Assembly (NCBI RefSeq): GCF_001194135.2
Contig: NC_068995.1
Coordinates: 40,586,993 to 40,650,992 of the forward strand
Length of the DNA: 64,000 nt
DNA from: Octopus bimaculoides
Lineage: Eukaryota
Direction of reading: 5' to 3'
A program made the translations under genes and the position numbers. Below, in pieces: positions 1-14,309 of the stretch. The notes beneath the pieces are model-generated. The model had not been told where the DNA came from. It saw nothing but the letters and a program-made list of their open reading frames with translations, and made no database searches. Numbering within the stretch: position 1 is the first letter of the stretch; each line of letters opens with the position of its first letter.

Positions 1-444
1 GTGAAATGAAATAACGACAGTGGGATAATTGAAACAGTGTCGTTGACACAACCGTTTCAGTATTGACATTCCAAGCATGAATTACTAACTGTAGCCATTG
101 ATGAAGATTGGACCGAGGCGCATGCGCACATCAAAAATATAAAATAGAATATAAAATAGAATATTCCTTTTGTTAGATAAATATTAAGTTTCATTCGTTG
201 TCGTAATTGTCCTCGTCTGGAAGCCACCAATAGAACCATATAAATAAATCTTGTACGATGTCTTGGAATTACCATATTCCAGTTGGCGAAACTGATCTAT
301 GTAGAACACATTAAATTACGTCGTAAAAATTACTTTCCTTCTGTAAAAGGAGAAACGACATCAAGAAACAGGAGAAGAGAAACGTGCCGAATAGTAAGAG
401 AGGAACAAATAAGAATGACTTCGAAAAGATTTCCTGAAGAAAAG

Positions 445-560
<116 letters not shown>

Positions 561-877
561 GAAATGGGATTGAATGAGAGTTCGGTAACTATATTTATGT
601 ATAATCTACTACGATAAGTAATTACATTTAAAGTATTCACTTCCCAAGATCACACACACATACACAATGTAGGGAGATAGATATATTTCTATTACATAAT
701 GGTACACTACATGTGTACACACACACACACACACACATATATACATGTATGTATAAATATATACATACACACACGCGCGCATACACACACATATATATAT
801 ATATATATACATACGTGCTCACACACACACGCATATGTATATGCATATACATATATAAATACATACATATATATATG

Positions 878-1050
878 CACTCACGGTTGCGAGATCGTAG
901 ATTCGATTCCCAGACCGAGCGTTGCGTTGTGTTTTTGAGCAAAGCCTTTCCATTTCACGTTGCTCCGCGATCATTTCGACATGTGACACCCAGTTGCACC
1001 TGTACAGGTAATGTTGATCTGGTGGAGGGAGTGAGCTTATGTCTACATAA
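878..1050 (+). mobile_element. SINE fragment (H1-type head/centre, different tail)
   Basis: B-box-like GATTCGATTCCC followed by GTGTTTTTGAGCAAAG...TTTCACGTTGCTCC, matching copies at 24607 and 30238. Confidence 0.6.
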
Positions 1051-1869
1051 ACCTTTGATCATTATAAACAAATCATCTGTGTGGTTGTTCGGTAAGATAT
1101 TGTCGAACCCTCATGCATCGTATATATATATANNNNNNNNNNNNNNNNNNNNNNNNNNNNNNNNNNNNNNNNNNNNNNNNNNNNNNNNNNNNNNNNNNNN
1201 NNNNNNNNNNNNNNNNNNNNNNNNNNNNNNNNNNNNNNNNNNNNNNNNNNNNNNNNNNNNNNNNNNNNNNNNNNNNNNNNNNNNNNNNNNNNNNNNNNNN
1301 NNNNNNNNNNNNNNNNNNNNNNNNNNNNNNNNNNNNNNNNNNNNNNNNNNNNNNNNNNNNNNNNNNNNNNNNNNNNNNNNNNNNNNNNNNNNNNNNNNNN
1401 NNNNNNNNNNNNNNNNNNNNNNNNNNNNNNNNNNNNNNNNNNNNNNNNNNNNNNNNNNNNNNNNNNNNNNNNNNNNNNNNNNNNNNNNNNNNNNNNNNNN
1501 NNNNNNNNNNNNNNNNNNNNNNNNNNNNNNNNNNNNNNNNNNNNNNNNNNNNNNNNNNNNNNNNNNNNNNNNNNNNNNNNNNNNNNNNNNNNNNNNNNNN
1601 NNNNNNNNNNNNNNNNNNNNNNNNNNNNNNNNNNNNNNNNNNNNNNNNNNNNNNNNNNNNNNNNNNNNNNNNNNNNNNNNNNNNNNNNNNNNNNNNNNNN
1701 NNNNNNNNNNNNNNNNNNNNNNNNNNNNNNNNNNNNNNNNNNNNNNNNNNNNNNNNNNNNNNNNNNNNNNNNNNNNNNNNNNNNNNNNNNNNNNNNNNNN
1801 NNNNNNNNNNNNNNNNNNNNNNNNNNNNNNNNNNNNNNNNNNNNNNNNNNNNNNNNNNNNNNNNNNNNN

Positions 1870-2520
1870 TCGTGTACCGAAAAACCACCAGAAATCGCAT
1901 CCATAGGACCATGGCTTCCGTGCGATAACCCCTGAAACTGCCTCCTCACTGGAGTTTGAGGCTTCAATGGGCCCAAGAATACATGACATCAGACATGAGT
2001 TGTATTATGTTCACTGACGAAACCAGAGTACGAACCTGACGGTTGGGCAAATGGTTGGGTCTATTTTGGAGATGAGCGTCACCAATGTTTACGACGTAAA
2101 CAACAGGGTGGACGAGTCATTTTGTGGGCTGATATCATTGGAGACACACTTGTTGGCCCAGTCAGGATGCCTGAAGAGGTTAAAGTGACCGCAGCCGCCT
2201 ACTGTAATCTCCTGAAGGAGGCCTTCCACTCTGCTAGGACCACCCAAACATTCCTAAAGTCTTACGGCATACGAGGTAAAAGGTTGATGGTGTGGCCGCA
2301 AGCATCCCCGGATCTCAACCCTATCGAAAATCTTCGGTCCATCATTAAACAAGATATTTATGCTGATGAATGCTGATTTACGTCGGAAAATGTCTTATGG
2401 GCGACCATCAAAGCTGCAGCAGAAGCAGTCCAACCTGTTACTATTCAAAAATTTACAGATTCCATGAGTAATATGGTTTTTTAAGTTATCCGTCGAAATG
2501 GCATTCATGAGGCTAAATTC
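1870..2520 (+). mobile_element. Tc1-like (DD34E) transposase remnant, frameshifted
   Basis: Translated motifs MFTDETR (first catalytic D), MWADIIG and WPQASPDLNPIENL; the 5' part is lost in the gap. Confidence 0.88.
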
Positions 2521-3129
2521 ATTATGTCAATAAATGTTATAATATTATTATGGTTTTATGTCAAATATATACGCAATGTATGCTTAATATGTTCCATTAC
2601 CCTTCATTTTCTGGAAAAAAAAAATGTCTAGATGGGCTATTTTCATTCAAAAGCTATTAGTGTGGTTCACCCGAAAACTGAAGAATCTGAAATAAAAAAA
2701 AAAAAGGATGTTGCACAGGATAATGAAAACATAACAACGGTGTAGCCATAGTGAGCAAACCAGCTGGGAAAAGTTTTATCAAAATCGATTCACAGAAAAC
2801 TGAGAAATCATAAATTACACTCCTAAGCTACTGGTGTGGATCTGAGTATATATATATATATATATATATACGTATACATATATATATATATATACANNNN
2901 NNNNNNNNNNNNNNNNNNNNNNNNNNNNNNNNNNNNNNNNNNNNNNNNNNNNNNNNNNNNNNNNNNNNNNNNNNNNNNNNNNNNNNNNNNNNNNNNTATA
3001 TATATATATATATATATGTTTCTGGTAATATCTCTGTCTTTTAGGCGATATCTCTGTCTTCAAAGGGATATCGCTATCTTCTAGATACTATCACTGTCTT
3101 CTAAGGGATATCATTGTCTACCGCCTAAA

Positions 3130-3341
3130 TAATCCTTTCTACTAAAGGCACAGGGTCTAAAATTGTGGTGTTGGGGTAAGTCAATTACATCGACCCCAGT
3201 GCGTAACTGGTATCTATTTTATCGACCCCCAAATGATGAAAGCAAATTTGACCACGGCGGAATTTGAACTCAGACCGTAAGGACGAACGAAGTGACGCTA
3301 AACATTTCGGTCGGCGTGCTAACGATTCTGCCAGCTCGCCG
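3130..3341 (-). mobile_element. tRNA-derived SINE, family A
   Basis: Reverse complement gives the GGCGAGCTGGCAGAATCGTTAGCACG head, a GAGTTCAAATTCC B-box and the centre shared by >10 copies in the window. Confidence 0.85.
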
Positions 3342-4204
3342 GGTTAAATACTACTAATAATAACAGCGTAACATAATTTTTGTCCTTGGGCAGCAACTGC
3401 TATTTCCTATTTACATGCCCCTAGGAAATATGAAAAAATGGCTAACATTTCCTTCAAACCCCAAAGAATCCCTCAACACATGGCTATGATGCTCCCCCAT
3501 TACACCTGCTCATGATCAAAGATGCATGTATTGTCAGCCACTAACGGACATGCTCAAGTGGTTGAGGTCAAGCAACTGATAAGTAAATCTGTGATATTGA
3601 GCAGAATCTTTGCTATAACAATAATTCTGCTTCAGTAACTCAGCGCCGAATCTGCTTGAAATGTAATGGAAAATAGGTCAATTTCAGAATATTGATGCGC
3701 AGGTCACAAAGTTTGTCAGCAACAGAAGTCATTTCCTTTGATTTCTAAATGAAAGCAAGTAGGAAATAATACTAACCAAAGACAAAAGAAGAAAAAAAAA
3801 TATTAGTGTACATGGTATTCTGGAAGATGGTAAAGATGATTCAAGTGAATCTTAGCTTGTGATAAGTGCTTATTTTATCCCGTCCGTAAGGCTGAAAGCT
3901 GAACCCAGAAACATTTAATCAAAGTACGAAAGGACAAATTCCTCGATACTTTACGTCATTTTGTCTTTCTGATGTTCCATTAGTTCTGCCTTATATCACC
4001 AACGGAAGAATTCCCTTCCACTAATATAGACCAACGTGTAGACCAAAGAGGAGGCATCAGAATGGTCCCTCGACCTGTTAGGTGTAGCATTCATATTTCT
4101 TGCATATCATACCTTGCCATCAAAAATAATAAATACTCATTATGTACACAGATTATACCTCCGTACAGTATTTATTAGGTCAGCAGATAGTGATTAAATT
4201 AAAT

Positions 4205-5637
4205 GCCCATTTTCTTGTTGACATACACGACATGTTGGGTAGCCGCCATTCTTTAATATGTTGGCCTGGTAGTCTCTTGTAGGTAGGCATTGATCTTAGG
4301 CTGCTATGATAAACCCTTCTTTTTCTGATTTTAAGCCAGAAGCCATTAATCATTCATGAGTAAGGGCTTTGTCAACATCGGCATTATTCGCTCTCTTTGG
4401 GTATTTGGCATTGAGAAGTTCTTCTTGCCATTCATCAGTAAGAATATCCAAGGCAGCAATTTAAGCACGGGTTTTCATGCGCTTAGCTTTTTCTGCGCTT
4501 GTTTCTAGTAGTCTAATTCTGGAATTTGTTGTATTCGGAATTCACTTAGATATTCCTTTGCCTGTTTTGTTACTGAGTAAGATGCTTTCTTGTTTTCATA
4601 TTTTGAGACAAGTTTTAACAACCAGTCCTCAGAGTTTTTCAGGTTGGTGTCTAGGCCAACTGTGGCAATCTTCATTCAGGATTCCAGTTGTAAAAGTCCA
4701 CGGCCTCCCTCTTTTCTTGGCAGATAAAGTTGTTCTATATCTGCCCTAGGGTGGTGCATTCTATGCATTGTCAAAAAGTTTCGTATTTTTCTGTCAAGAT
4801 TACATATTTCAGTAATTGACCAGTTAATGATATTGAAACTGTAAGTGACGACTGGTATGGCTAAAATATTGATCGCTTCGATCCTCTTTCTTGCATTCAC
4901 CTCTGTCTTAAGTATTACTCTTACCATACGATAACATTCTCTTCTGATCATTTCCCTCATCACTGAATTTTTGACTCCGTCCCCTTCAAATACCCCTAGG
5001 TATATGTAGCAGTCCGCTGGTTCTGACCCCTTTATGACATTCTGCTGGTCATGGTTAACGTTAGGGGCTTCTGTCATTTTCCCTTTAATAAAGGTAGCTT
5101 TTGCACATTTATCGGGGCCAAATTGCATCCTGATGTCATCACTGAATTGTTTAACAATCGCTAGTAAGCCCTGTAGTTGATGGTCATTTTTTGCAAAAAG
5201 CTTTAAATCATCCATGTAAATGAGATGATTTATATTTTTAGCAAACACTTTATAACCATACTGTGCATCATTGAGCAATTTTGAGAGAGGTATTAGGGCT
5301 AGGCAAAAGAGGAGTGGTGATAGTGAGTCACCCTGGAAAATGCCACATGAAATTCTTACATCTCCAGCATTTAGGGATTCATTGTCACTGTTCAAAATCA
5401 GTGTGTTTCTCTGTGATCTCATACTTACAGACGAAAACCTTCGCAGAGTAGGAGCTATTTTATACATTTCCAGATATTTCTTGATCCAGATATGTAGTAC
5501 ACTATCAAAAGCATTTTTATAGTCTATCCAAGCTATCGACAAGTTTTTGTGTCGTTTGTGAGAATCTTCCTAGATCATCTTAATGATGAGTAGCTGATCT
5601 TTACAACTATAGAGCCCACGTTTACATCTTTTTTACT
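4205..5637 (-). mobile_element. R4/Dong-clade non-LTR retrotransposon fragment (RT to zinc knuckle), disrupted
   Basis: ORF 4676-5542 has AWIDYKNAFDSV, GIFQGDSLSPLLF, YMDDLKLF and YLPRKEGGRGL. Downstream is LKSEKEGFIIAA*DQCLPTRDYQ...CRVCQ with stops. The 5' end abuts (CAT)n(ATT)n. Confidence 0.9.
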
Positions 5638-5716
5638 CATCATCATCATCATCATCATCAGTATTGTTATCATTATCATCATTATTATTATTATTATATT
5701 ATTATTATTATTATCA
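5638..5716. repeat. (CAT)n/(ATT)n compound microsatellite
   Basis: Directly visible triplet repeats. Confidence 0.95.
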
Positions 5717-5717
5717 T

Positions 5718-5905
5718 TAGAGCTGGCAGAATCGTTAGCACGCCGGGCGTTACGTCTAGCGTTACGTTCTGAGTTCAAACTCCGCCGAAGTCGACTTTGC
5801 CTTTCATCCTTTCGGGGTCGATTAAATAAGTACCAGTTACGCACTGGAGTCGATGTAATCGACTGAAACCCTTTGTCCTCTATGCTTAGCCCCTTGTGGG
5901 CAATA
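5718..5905 (+). mobile_element. tRNA-derived SINE, family A
   Basis: GAGCTGGCAGAATCGTTAGCACGCCGGGCG...GAGTTCAAACTCCGCCG...GCCTTTCATCCTTTCGGGGTCGATTAAATAAGTACCAG; flanked by (ATT)n. Confidence 0.9.
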
Positions 5906-6212
5906 AAGAAAAAAAATTATCATTATTGTTATTATTACTATTATTATTATTATTAATTGTAATGGTAATCCAAGGCCAGTGCTGTTTCCTGTTTGTCCTC
6001 CTTCTCGAGAGCTGCGTTGCTGTCCTTTCCCTACAGAGACGTTTCATGTCGTTTTTGTTTACACTGTTGGTTTTACATGCCTGCTTTGTTTTTTTTTTTT
6101 TTTTTTGCTTCAACTAGATTTATGTAAAAATTTTAATTTTATTTGTCCCTTCATCCGTCGCCTTTGTGACAAATAAAGAAACGGATAATTATTATTATTA
6201 TTATCAATATTA

Positions 6213-6250
<38 letters not shown>

Positions 6251-7116
6251 GGTGTTGCTATTATTAATTTTTATTATCCCCCAGATCTTCACATCAATCA
6301 AATATGGGGAAGGTCGCGCTAAGAATATATTAAGTTAAACTATAAATATACACTAAATCACTTATAGTGATCAGACAGTGTTTTGTTTTAATTACACTTT
6401 TCAAATATGTCGGCTGTAATGAGGAGAGAGAGTGAGAGAATAAGGGAGGATAGGGGTGGGAGAACAAATGTTGTGAAAACAAACAGCAGATTGTTCCATG
6501 ATATCGAAATCTAAATCAATATTTTGTGAGACAGAAAACAAGGGTAGAAAAACGAACAGCTCGACTGTTGAGTGTTCAGTGTTTATGTTGGCGATGCCTG
6601 TTTGATTATAATATCTATTTGTCTGTCTTTCAGCTGTCTGTCTGTCTATCTGTCAGTCTATCTATCTATCTATTTTTCTAACTATATATCCATATATATC
6701 TATATCCATATATATATATATATATATANNNNNNNNNNNNNNNNNNNNNNNNNNNNNNNNNNNNNNNNNNNNNNNNNNNNNNNNNNNNNNNNNNNNNNNN
6801 NNNNNNNNNNNNNNNNNNNNNNNNNNNNNNNNNNNNNNNNNNNNNNNNNNNNNNNNNNNNNNNNNNNNNNNNNNNNNNNNNNNNNNNNNNNNNNNNNNNN
6901 NNNNNNNNNNNNNNNNNNNNNNNNNNNNNNNNNNNNNNNNNNNNNNNNNNNNNNNNNNNNNNNNNNNNNNNNNNNNNNNNNNNNNNNNNNNNNNNNNNNN
7001 NNNNNNNNNNNNNNNNNNNNNNNNNNNNNNNNNNNNNNNNNNNNNNNNNNNNNNNNNNNNNNNNNNNNNNNNNNNNNNNNNNNNNNNNNNNNNNNNNNNN
7101 NNNNNNNNNNNNNNNN

Positions 7117-7158
<42 letters not shown>

Positions 7159-7412
7159 GTGTGTGTGTGTGTGATATGATATGATACATGATATATATAT
7201 ATATATATATTGGCGAAGCTCCATTAGTAGAAAAAAAACTGCCTCGGCCAATATAAAAATATTATTAATCTCTGCTATGCAACTGAGTGCTATTTCTTCC
7301 AACAGTCAACACTTAACAGATATACATATGTGCATGTTTGTGTGTTAGTGTGTGTATAAATTTGTATAAACATATAAATATATGCAAACATGTTCACGCA
7401 TGTGTGTATGTG

Positions 7413-7450
<38 letters not shown>

Positions 7451-9061
7451 TTGTGTGTTATAAAACACTTCTCGGCACAAGTAAGTGAAAACGCGCATCT
7501 GCACAAGTAAGCGAAAACGCTACACACGCCATTAGCGACGATATATTTTGGAACACCATGTCTCCATGCAATACGCTCTTGTTGCGTAATATTTACGGCA
7601 GAAATGTAACGCTTCTTTCGGAGAATAACGTTGATACAAATGTAAACTGAATAATAAAAGGCAGTGCTACTACTGAGATAAAGAATTCCGAGCCATGGTC
7701 CTTGTGAGTAGTTTTCGAGTTAGAGAAAGAATGCGTGATGAAGAAAAGAGGATTTTTAATTTCTCACTTAAAATATGAGAATCTGGAACAGGTTTCGCAC
7801 TTAAAAGAACAGAATATATGTGCTGAGGATAATTTTACAAAATATATTGAAAGATCAGGTTATTGCAGGAAACATTTGAAAATCATTTTTATGACTCCTC
7901 CAACGATAAAGGCCACATACTCACATAAACCCAATTTCATTTCATGAATAAAGGATGTATTTGTTGACTTGAAAGAATAAATTCATTATACCAAAGAAAA
8001 CTTAACGATCTTCCCTCAGTTCCAAATGTTGTTCATTACTCTGTGAAGATTTTTGAGAACTAAAAAATGTGTCCAGGAGGACATCTATCGTTTGGGAACG
8101 ATAAAACGAAGGAACATTTTCATAAACCAATAAGAGACAAAACGAGTTAATGATTAGCTTGATTAAGAATTGAAGAATTCTTTCCTGCTTTCAGTAATCA
8201 TTTTGACTTTAAACATAAAATGTTAGGTGAAATCAATGCAGACTCAAAACTGCCATTTAAATAATGTATACATTTTATATTAATTCATGACGTCATTTAA
8301 AAACGCTTAATATATCGATACAACTGTATTCTATACAGGAACTGAATGGAAATCCAAGACTTCTATAGGCGCATATGCGTGAAAAAATTGGTAAATTAAA
8401 TGTAACATAGGGACCTCTTTGATGTACAAATTAACTATTTCAGTAAAGCAACCATAAGAAGACTCGATATAAAAACAATTACAAATAAATAACGATGAAG
8501 TCGACCAATGTAAAACAAGAAAAAAAAATTGTCAACTGAAACTACGCCACTCAAAAACTATATTTTAATAAAGCAATATTAAAAGCAACTAATTAAAACA
8601 ACAACCATAGAAAAATGAATGAAGCCTCTTCAATGAATATAAAACTATCTTCAGAATTAAAAGAATACATTTCTCTTCTGATGATCGTGGCGGCGTGAAA
8701 CCCGTGCAATGAAAAAATAACTCTGTTTATATAAATCGCGCTTGCTTGCACACACGCACACATGCGCGCACACTTTTATTTTCGCCTTGGCTTTAGTCAT
8801 TGGACTACAGACATAGGATATCACTTTAAAGTATTAAGTCGATCATGGACTTATCTCCGACTGTTACTTAATTTATCGATATCTATTTGTCGAACCGTTG
8901 AGGGACGGACACGGCCTAAAGAATTACATTATAAATACGGATGCAGAAACATGAATACAAATGTTCCTGTCGATCAAATTTTGCTCACAACATATTGATA
9001 AACTGAAAATTATTACAACCTCGTCCTCAGACTACCCGCCATCCAACACAGTCAGGACAGA

Positions 9062-9410
9062 TATGAAAGAGTAAAGACCCCGCTTCGGTCAGGAATGACC
9101 ATGTGATTGCACCTAGAAAATTTCTCCCCCAACTCAAGTCCGGGTAATGTTGTTAATGGAAGGCCAACAGTCGCCCATGCATACAAGCCTTCCCTCTCTA
9201 CGTCACCGATGTTATCCGAGAGAATGGCAAAGGCTGATAGAGCTTGGCACCAGTGACGTTGCAACTCATTTCTGCAGCTGAGTGAACGGAAGCAACGAGA
9301 AAAACAAAGTCTCTTGCTCAAAAACACAACGAATAGCCCAATGCAGGAATCGCGCTAACAACCCCACGATCATAAGCCCGACGCTCTAGCCACTAAGCCA
9401 TGCGCCTTCA
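9062..9410 (-). mobile_element. tRNA-derived SINE, head H1 + tail T1
   Basis: Collinear with the copies at 24607-24935 and 47190-47512. Confidence 0.8.
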
Positions 9411-9954
9411 CTAAGACAGATATAGCTATGAACAATAATAAAGCCTGCATTATAAATAGTTTCATTTTAAAATAATATCTGAGTTAATGATAAGTGCAGT
9501 AGTGCTGCAATTATTTCACCCCTACCAAGTGTACTTCGGTCACCGCTGCAGTAAATATAGACGCGTTTAAAAGAGATTGGACTCTAGAAATAAAAACAGT
9601 ATAACAAGATTTTCTCCTTGTACAGTATGCGATACATCACTGCATACCGTTGTACACAGTATGGTCCTCAACTATACTGTCTGTAGTATTGGATCAGAGG
9701 AGAACATCATAAGTCTGACCAAGTAGGCCAAACTTAGGGTTAAACAATAAAAAGAAACCCCACATCACTTCAAAAGTCAATTTTGTCTTGATACTGCCAG
9801 CTAAATACTTTTGTACGAATTAAGTCCAACTTGAAATAAATTGCACGGACAGCATTTTTCTTTCTGTTTCTTTTCATGTCTTGTACACGACTTTTAGCCA
9901 AATACAAATGAATGTTTTCAGAAACAATGGAGATTTTTCAGTTCTTTGTAAATA

Positions 9955-10115
9955 GGAGTAGGCGTGGCTGTGTGATAAGACGCTTGCTTCCTAGCCATAT
10001 GGTTCCAGGTTCAATCCCTCTGTGTTGCACTTTGGGCATGTGTCTTGTACTATATCCTCGGGTCGACCAGAGCATTGTGATGGATTTGGTTGACAGAAAC
10101 TGAAAGAAGCCTGTC

Positions 10116-10159
<44 letters not shown>

Positions 10160-10372
10160 GTATGCGTGAGTCTGTGTTTGTCCACAACTTGACAAACGGA
10201 GTTGGTTTGTTCACGTCTCTATTACTTAGCGGCTGGGCAAAATAGATCCAATAAAATAAGTACCCGGCTTTAAAAATAAGTCCTCGAATCGTTACATCAG
10301 ACTAAAAAGTATTCGAGGTGATGCCCCAGCATGGCCGCTGTCGAACGACTGAAACAAGTAAAAGATAAAAGA
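9955..10372 (+). mobile_element. tRNA-derived SINE, family B (CORE-like centre, internal microsatellite)
   Basis: A-box-like TGGCTGTGTG, B-box-like GGTTCAATCCC, CACTTTGGGCATGTGTCTT centre, GAAAGAAGCC-(TA)n and a GACTGAAACAAGTAAAAGA tail. Confidence 0.85.
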
Positions 10373-10917
10373 TCTCTGGATTTTTCTTCAGCGTTTGTTA
10401 CAACCCTGCATATGACGTAAAGAAGGAAATGGAAAATATTCCTGAAAAAACAACAAAGCTGCTGTACTTATCTCTATTATCTTTCCTATGTAGCAACTCG
10501 CAAACTGAAGCAGATGGAATTAAGTGTAGACGCCAGTAGAAGATTGAAAACCGAAAATGTGTGTAGTTTCATTTTATCTGCGACCTATCTTTTCACCTTC
10601 TCAGGATAAAGCAACAGCGAAGAGAAACAATAACAGTAGCCAGAATTGCAAGAGCACAAGTTAGAAATAACAATAGCGGCAAAGCAAACAAGATACTAAG
10701 CTGTTTGGTAATGACATGTTGTAGATTAAAATGGAGCCGAACTTTTAAAACGTAGTGAAAAATGTAAACTGTGATTTGAGGCAGATAAGATGGGGAGTTG
10801 TTAATGTGAACGGAACTGTGATCACGTCAAATGATGAGACAGCAGAGTAAATACACACACACACACACACACTACACACAAAATATACATACTGTATACC
10901 ATACATGTATAAATGTG

Positions 10918-10958
<41 letters not shown>

Positions 10959-12182
10959 NNNNNNNNNNNNNNNNNNNNNNNNNNNNNNNNNNNNNNNNNN
11001 NNNNNNNNNNNNNNNNNNNNNNNNNNNNNNNNNNNNNNNNNNNNNNNNNNNNNNNNNNNNNNNNNNNNNNNNNNNNNNNNNNNNNNNNNNNNNNNNNNNN
11101 NNNNNNNNNNNNNNNNNNNNNNNNNNNNNNNNNNNNNNNNNNNNNNNNNNNNNNNNNNNNNNNNNNNNNNNNNNNNNNNNNNNNNNNNNNNNNNNNNNNN
11201 NNNNNNNNNNNNNNNNNNNNNNNNNNNNNNNNNNNNNNNNNNNNNNNNNNNNNNNNNNNNNNNNNNNNNNNNNNNNNNNNNNNNNNNNNNNNNNNNNNNN
11301 NNNNNNNNNNNNNNNNNNNNNNNNNNNNNNNNNNNNNNNNGTGTAGCGATTGCGTTGATGTATTTTATATAAAAATCTTAAACATATGTCTGGCAAGAAG
11401 CATGCTTTGTAACTTCTCGGTTTTGGGTTCGATTCTTCTCTACTATTGGTCCAAACGAAAGGTTTGTGGATCATGGCATTGACAAGCCCTGCTGCAATTG
11501 AAAGATTTCTTGAACAGTTGCAGAAATACATAAACTGGAGGGGATTCCAAATGTCCAACTTTCTGAGGAGGAAGGATTAGTTATTGTGATTAGTGTGGGA
11601 CCTCGAAGTGTAGACCCATTATGTGATTGCAGTGGTCGTAGTCTTCTATGGCAACAAACTGTACTTCATGCACGTGAAGGTAATTTTTCATTCCAAATAT
11701 TGTAGCTACGTTGTATCGGTTATCAAGGAGTGTGGTTCTTGTGTAACCTGTGACGATGTGGAATATACTTTTTTATGTGCTTTGTAATTTGTTGTAAAAG
11801 TATGGATGGCCCTGGCCTGGAACGCTATGCTTTATAATTGATCTAATACGTATATAGTTTGTCATTTATCTTTGTTGTTACTGTTGGAGTTATTGCTTAG
11901 TCCCAGGACACGCAAATTGAACAGGTCTCTTATGAAAAGTATTCTATTGTGTGACCATCACGCCTTTCATAGCTTAACTCAAACTATATAATTCAATATG
12001 TCCTTTCTCTTTTTTTTTTTTTTATAAGTCATCAGGATGATTTGAAATGGATTTAGCTCTTGTTTCAGGCAGAACAAGTTATCATGTTGAGCGGGTTGGG
12101 GAATTTTTCAGAAATAAGGTTGAATTGCAAATACATACACACTCTGCCGGTGTCACATTTTTGCTAAGAAAAATAAAGAATA

Positions 12183-12385
12183 TAGGCGCAGGAGTGGCTG
12201 TGTGGTAAGTAACCTGCTTATCAACCATATGGTTCCGGGTTCATTCCCACTGCGTGGCACCTTGGGCAAGTGTTTTCTACTATAGATTCGACCGAACAAA
12301 GCCTAGTGAGTGAATTTGGTAGACAGAAACTGAAAGAAGCTTGTGGTGTATATACATATACACACACACACACACACACATACAC

Positions 12386-12443
<58 letters not shown>

Positions 12444-12850
12444 GCATGTGTGTATATGTTTGTGTATGTCACCCCAACATCGCTTGACAACCGATGCTGG
12501 TGTGTTTACGTCCCCGTAACTTAGCGTTTCGGCAAAAAGAGATCGCTAGAATAAATACTAGTGGATTTGGTAGACGGAAACTGAAAGAAGCCCGTCGTAT
12601 ATATGTATGTATATATATATATATATATATATATTATGTGTGTGTATATGTTTGTGTGTGTATGTTGTCCCCCCAACATCGCTTGACAACCGATGCTAGT
12701 GTGTTTACGTCCTCGTAACTAGCGGTTCGTCAAAGGTGACCGATAGAGTAAGTACTAGGCTTCCAAGGAATGAGTCCTCGGGTCGATTTGCTCGACTAAA
12801 GGCGGTGCTCCAGCATGGCCGCAGTCCAATGACTGAAACAAGCAAAAGAG
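12183..12850 (+). mobile_element. Family B SINE with internal tandem duplication
   Basis: Full head GGCGCAGGAGTGGCTGTGTGGTAAG. The block GGTAGACRGAAACTGAAAGAAGC-microsatellite-CAACATCGCTTGACAACCGATGCT occurs twice (~12318, ~12570). Confidence 0.9.
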
Positions 12851-13334
12851 CAATCTTGAAGTTTACTAAATCCTCAGATAACTGCTATTAAATTATTGTT
12901 AGGTCGTAAGGAATAAACCATATTTTTATTTCACCAATTGGGTTTCTAAAATTTCTTCAATGGCCGTTTCAGATTTGTATGTGGATGAGGAGTTTCCCAC
13001 ACGAGATGCCATTGACTCGTCTATAGTCCTTATTTATGGAGACCCTATAATTCATGTGAACGAGTGTTGTTTTATTATAAAACCATTCAATAACATTTCA
13101 GTTAAACTAAATACATATGTCCAAGATTTATTCATAATGTTCTCGCGGGTGCAATGTTGTACACGGAACGTTTTTATTAATTAAGTCAATCTCAGTAATT
13201 GGTTGGTATTTAATTTATCGATCACAGAGCACAAAGCATGTAACACAACAAAGAAGAGGAAAGAGTCAAGGTTATTGATTCTGGTACCTGACTCCTCTGC
13301 TACTTTATTTCATCGACTCCAGAATGATGAAAAG

Positions 13335-13543
13335 CAAATTGATTTTTACTTGTTTCAGTCATTTGACTGCGGCCATGCTGGAGCACCACCTTGAATGGTT
13401 TTAGTCGAACAAATCGACCCCAGGAATTTTTTTTCAAGCCTAGTACTTATTCTCACGGTTTCGTTTGCCGAACCGCTAAGTTACGGGGACGCAAACACGC
13501 CAACACCGATTGTCAAGCGGTAATGGGGGACAAACACAAACAC

Positions 13544-13578
<35 letters not shown>

Positions 13579-13770
13579 CCATAGATATATACATATATGT
13601 ATATAAATATATGACGAGCTTCTTTCAGTTTTCGTCTAGCAAATTGACTCACAGGATTTTGGTGTGCCCGAGGCTATAGTAGATGACACTTGCTCAAGGT
13701 GCCACCCAGCGGGACTGAACCCAGAGCCATGTGGTTGGGAAGCAAACTTCTTACCACACAGCCACGCCTG
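13335..13770 (-). mobile_element. Family B SINE
   Basis: Reverse-complement match to 12183-12850 over the whole element. Confidence 0.9.
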
Positions 13771-14309
13771 CAGAATAACTTTAAGTCGAATGAATTGACT
13801 TCAGTACATTCGACTTAAAGTTCTTCAAAGTGGTGCCCCAGCATGGCCACAATCTAATGACTGAAACAAGTAAAAAAAAAATAAAAGATAAAAGATGAAA
13901 GATACAAGTATTTGACATTAACCGAGTCAGAGTCAATTAAATCTTTCATTCGTACCGTTTGTTGCCAAAATAGCTGTGAGTATTCAGTGATCGGTCAAAC
14001 TGAACTGGAGCACGACCTATGGTATAAGTGAGACAATTAGTAAACTTCCGGTCGCCTCTTGTCTCTTAGATTTTGCTGAACGAGACATTTCATTTCCTAC
14101 ACGTCTTATTTATTCATCCACCAATCCGTCTGTCAATCGGCCTGTCTACGTGTGGTTAACTACCTATCTATCTATCTATCTATCTATCTGTCTGTCTAAC
14201 TGTTTGTCTGTCAGTCTGTCTATTTATCTATCTACCTACCTATCTTTCTGTTTATTTGTACCCCCACACAGGTAATACTTATATAAAGAGATAGTTATAC
14301 GCATGCACT

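Noticed and set aside
57-340. 72-aa hydrophobic minus-strand ORF with possible splice signals
   Set aside because: No recognisable domain, weak acceptor and donor, and the hydrophobic stretch derives from an AT-rich run.
8671-8715. CTGATGA...GAAAC motif
   Set aside because: Helix II is only 2 bp, the triplet is GUG rather than NUH, and there is no adjacent helix I.
7700-8720. Possible very old Penelope-like coding remnant
   Set aside because: Only scattered 3-4 residue resemblances; insufficient to annotate.
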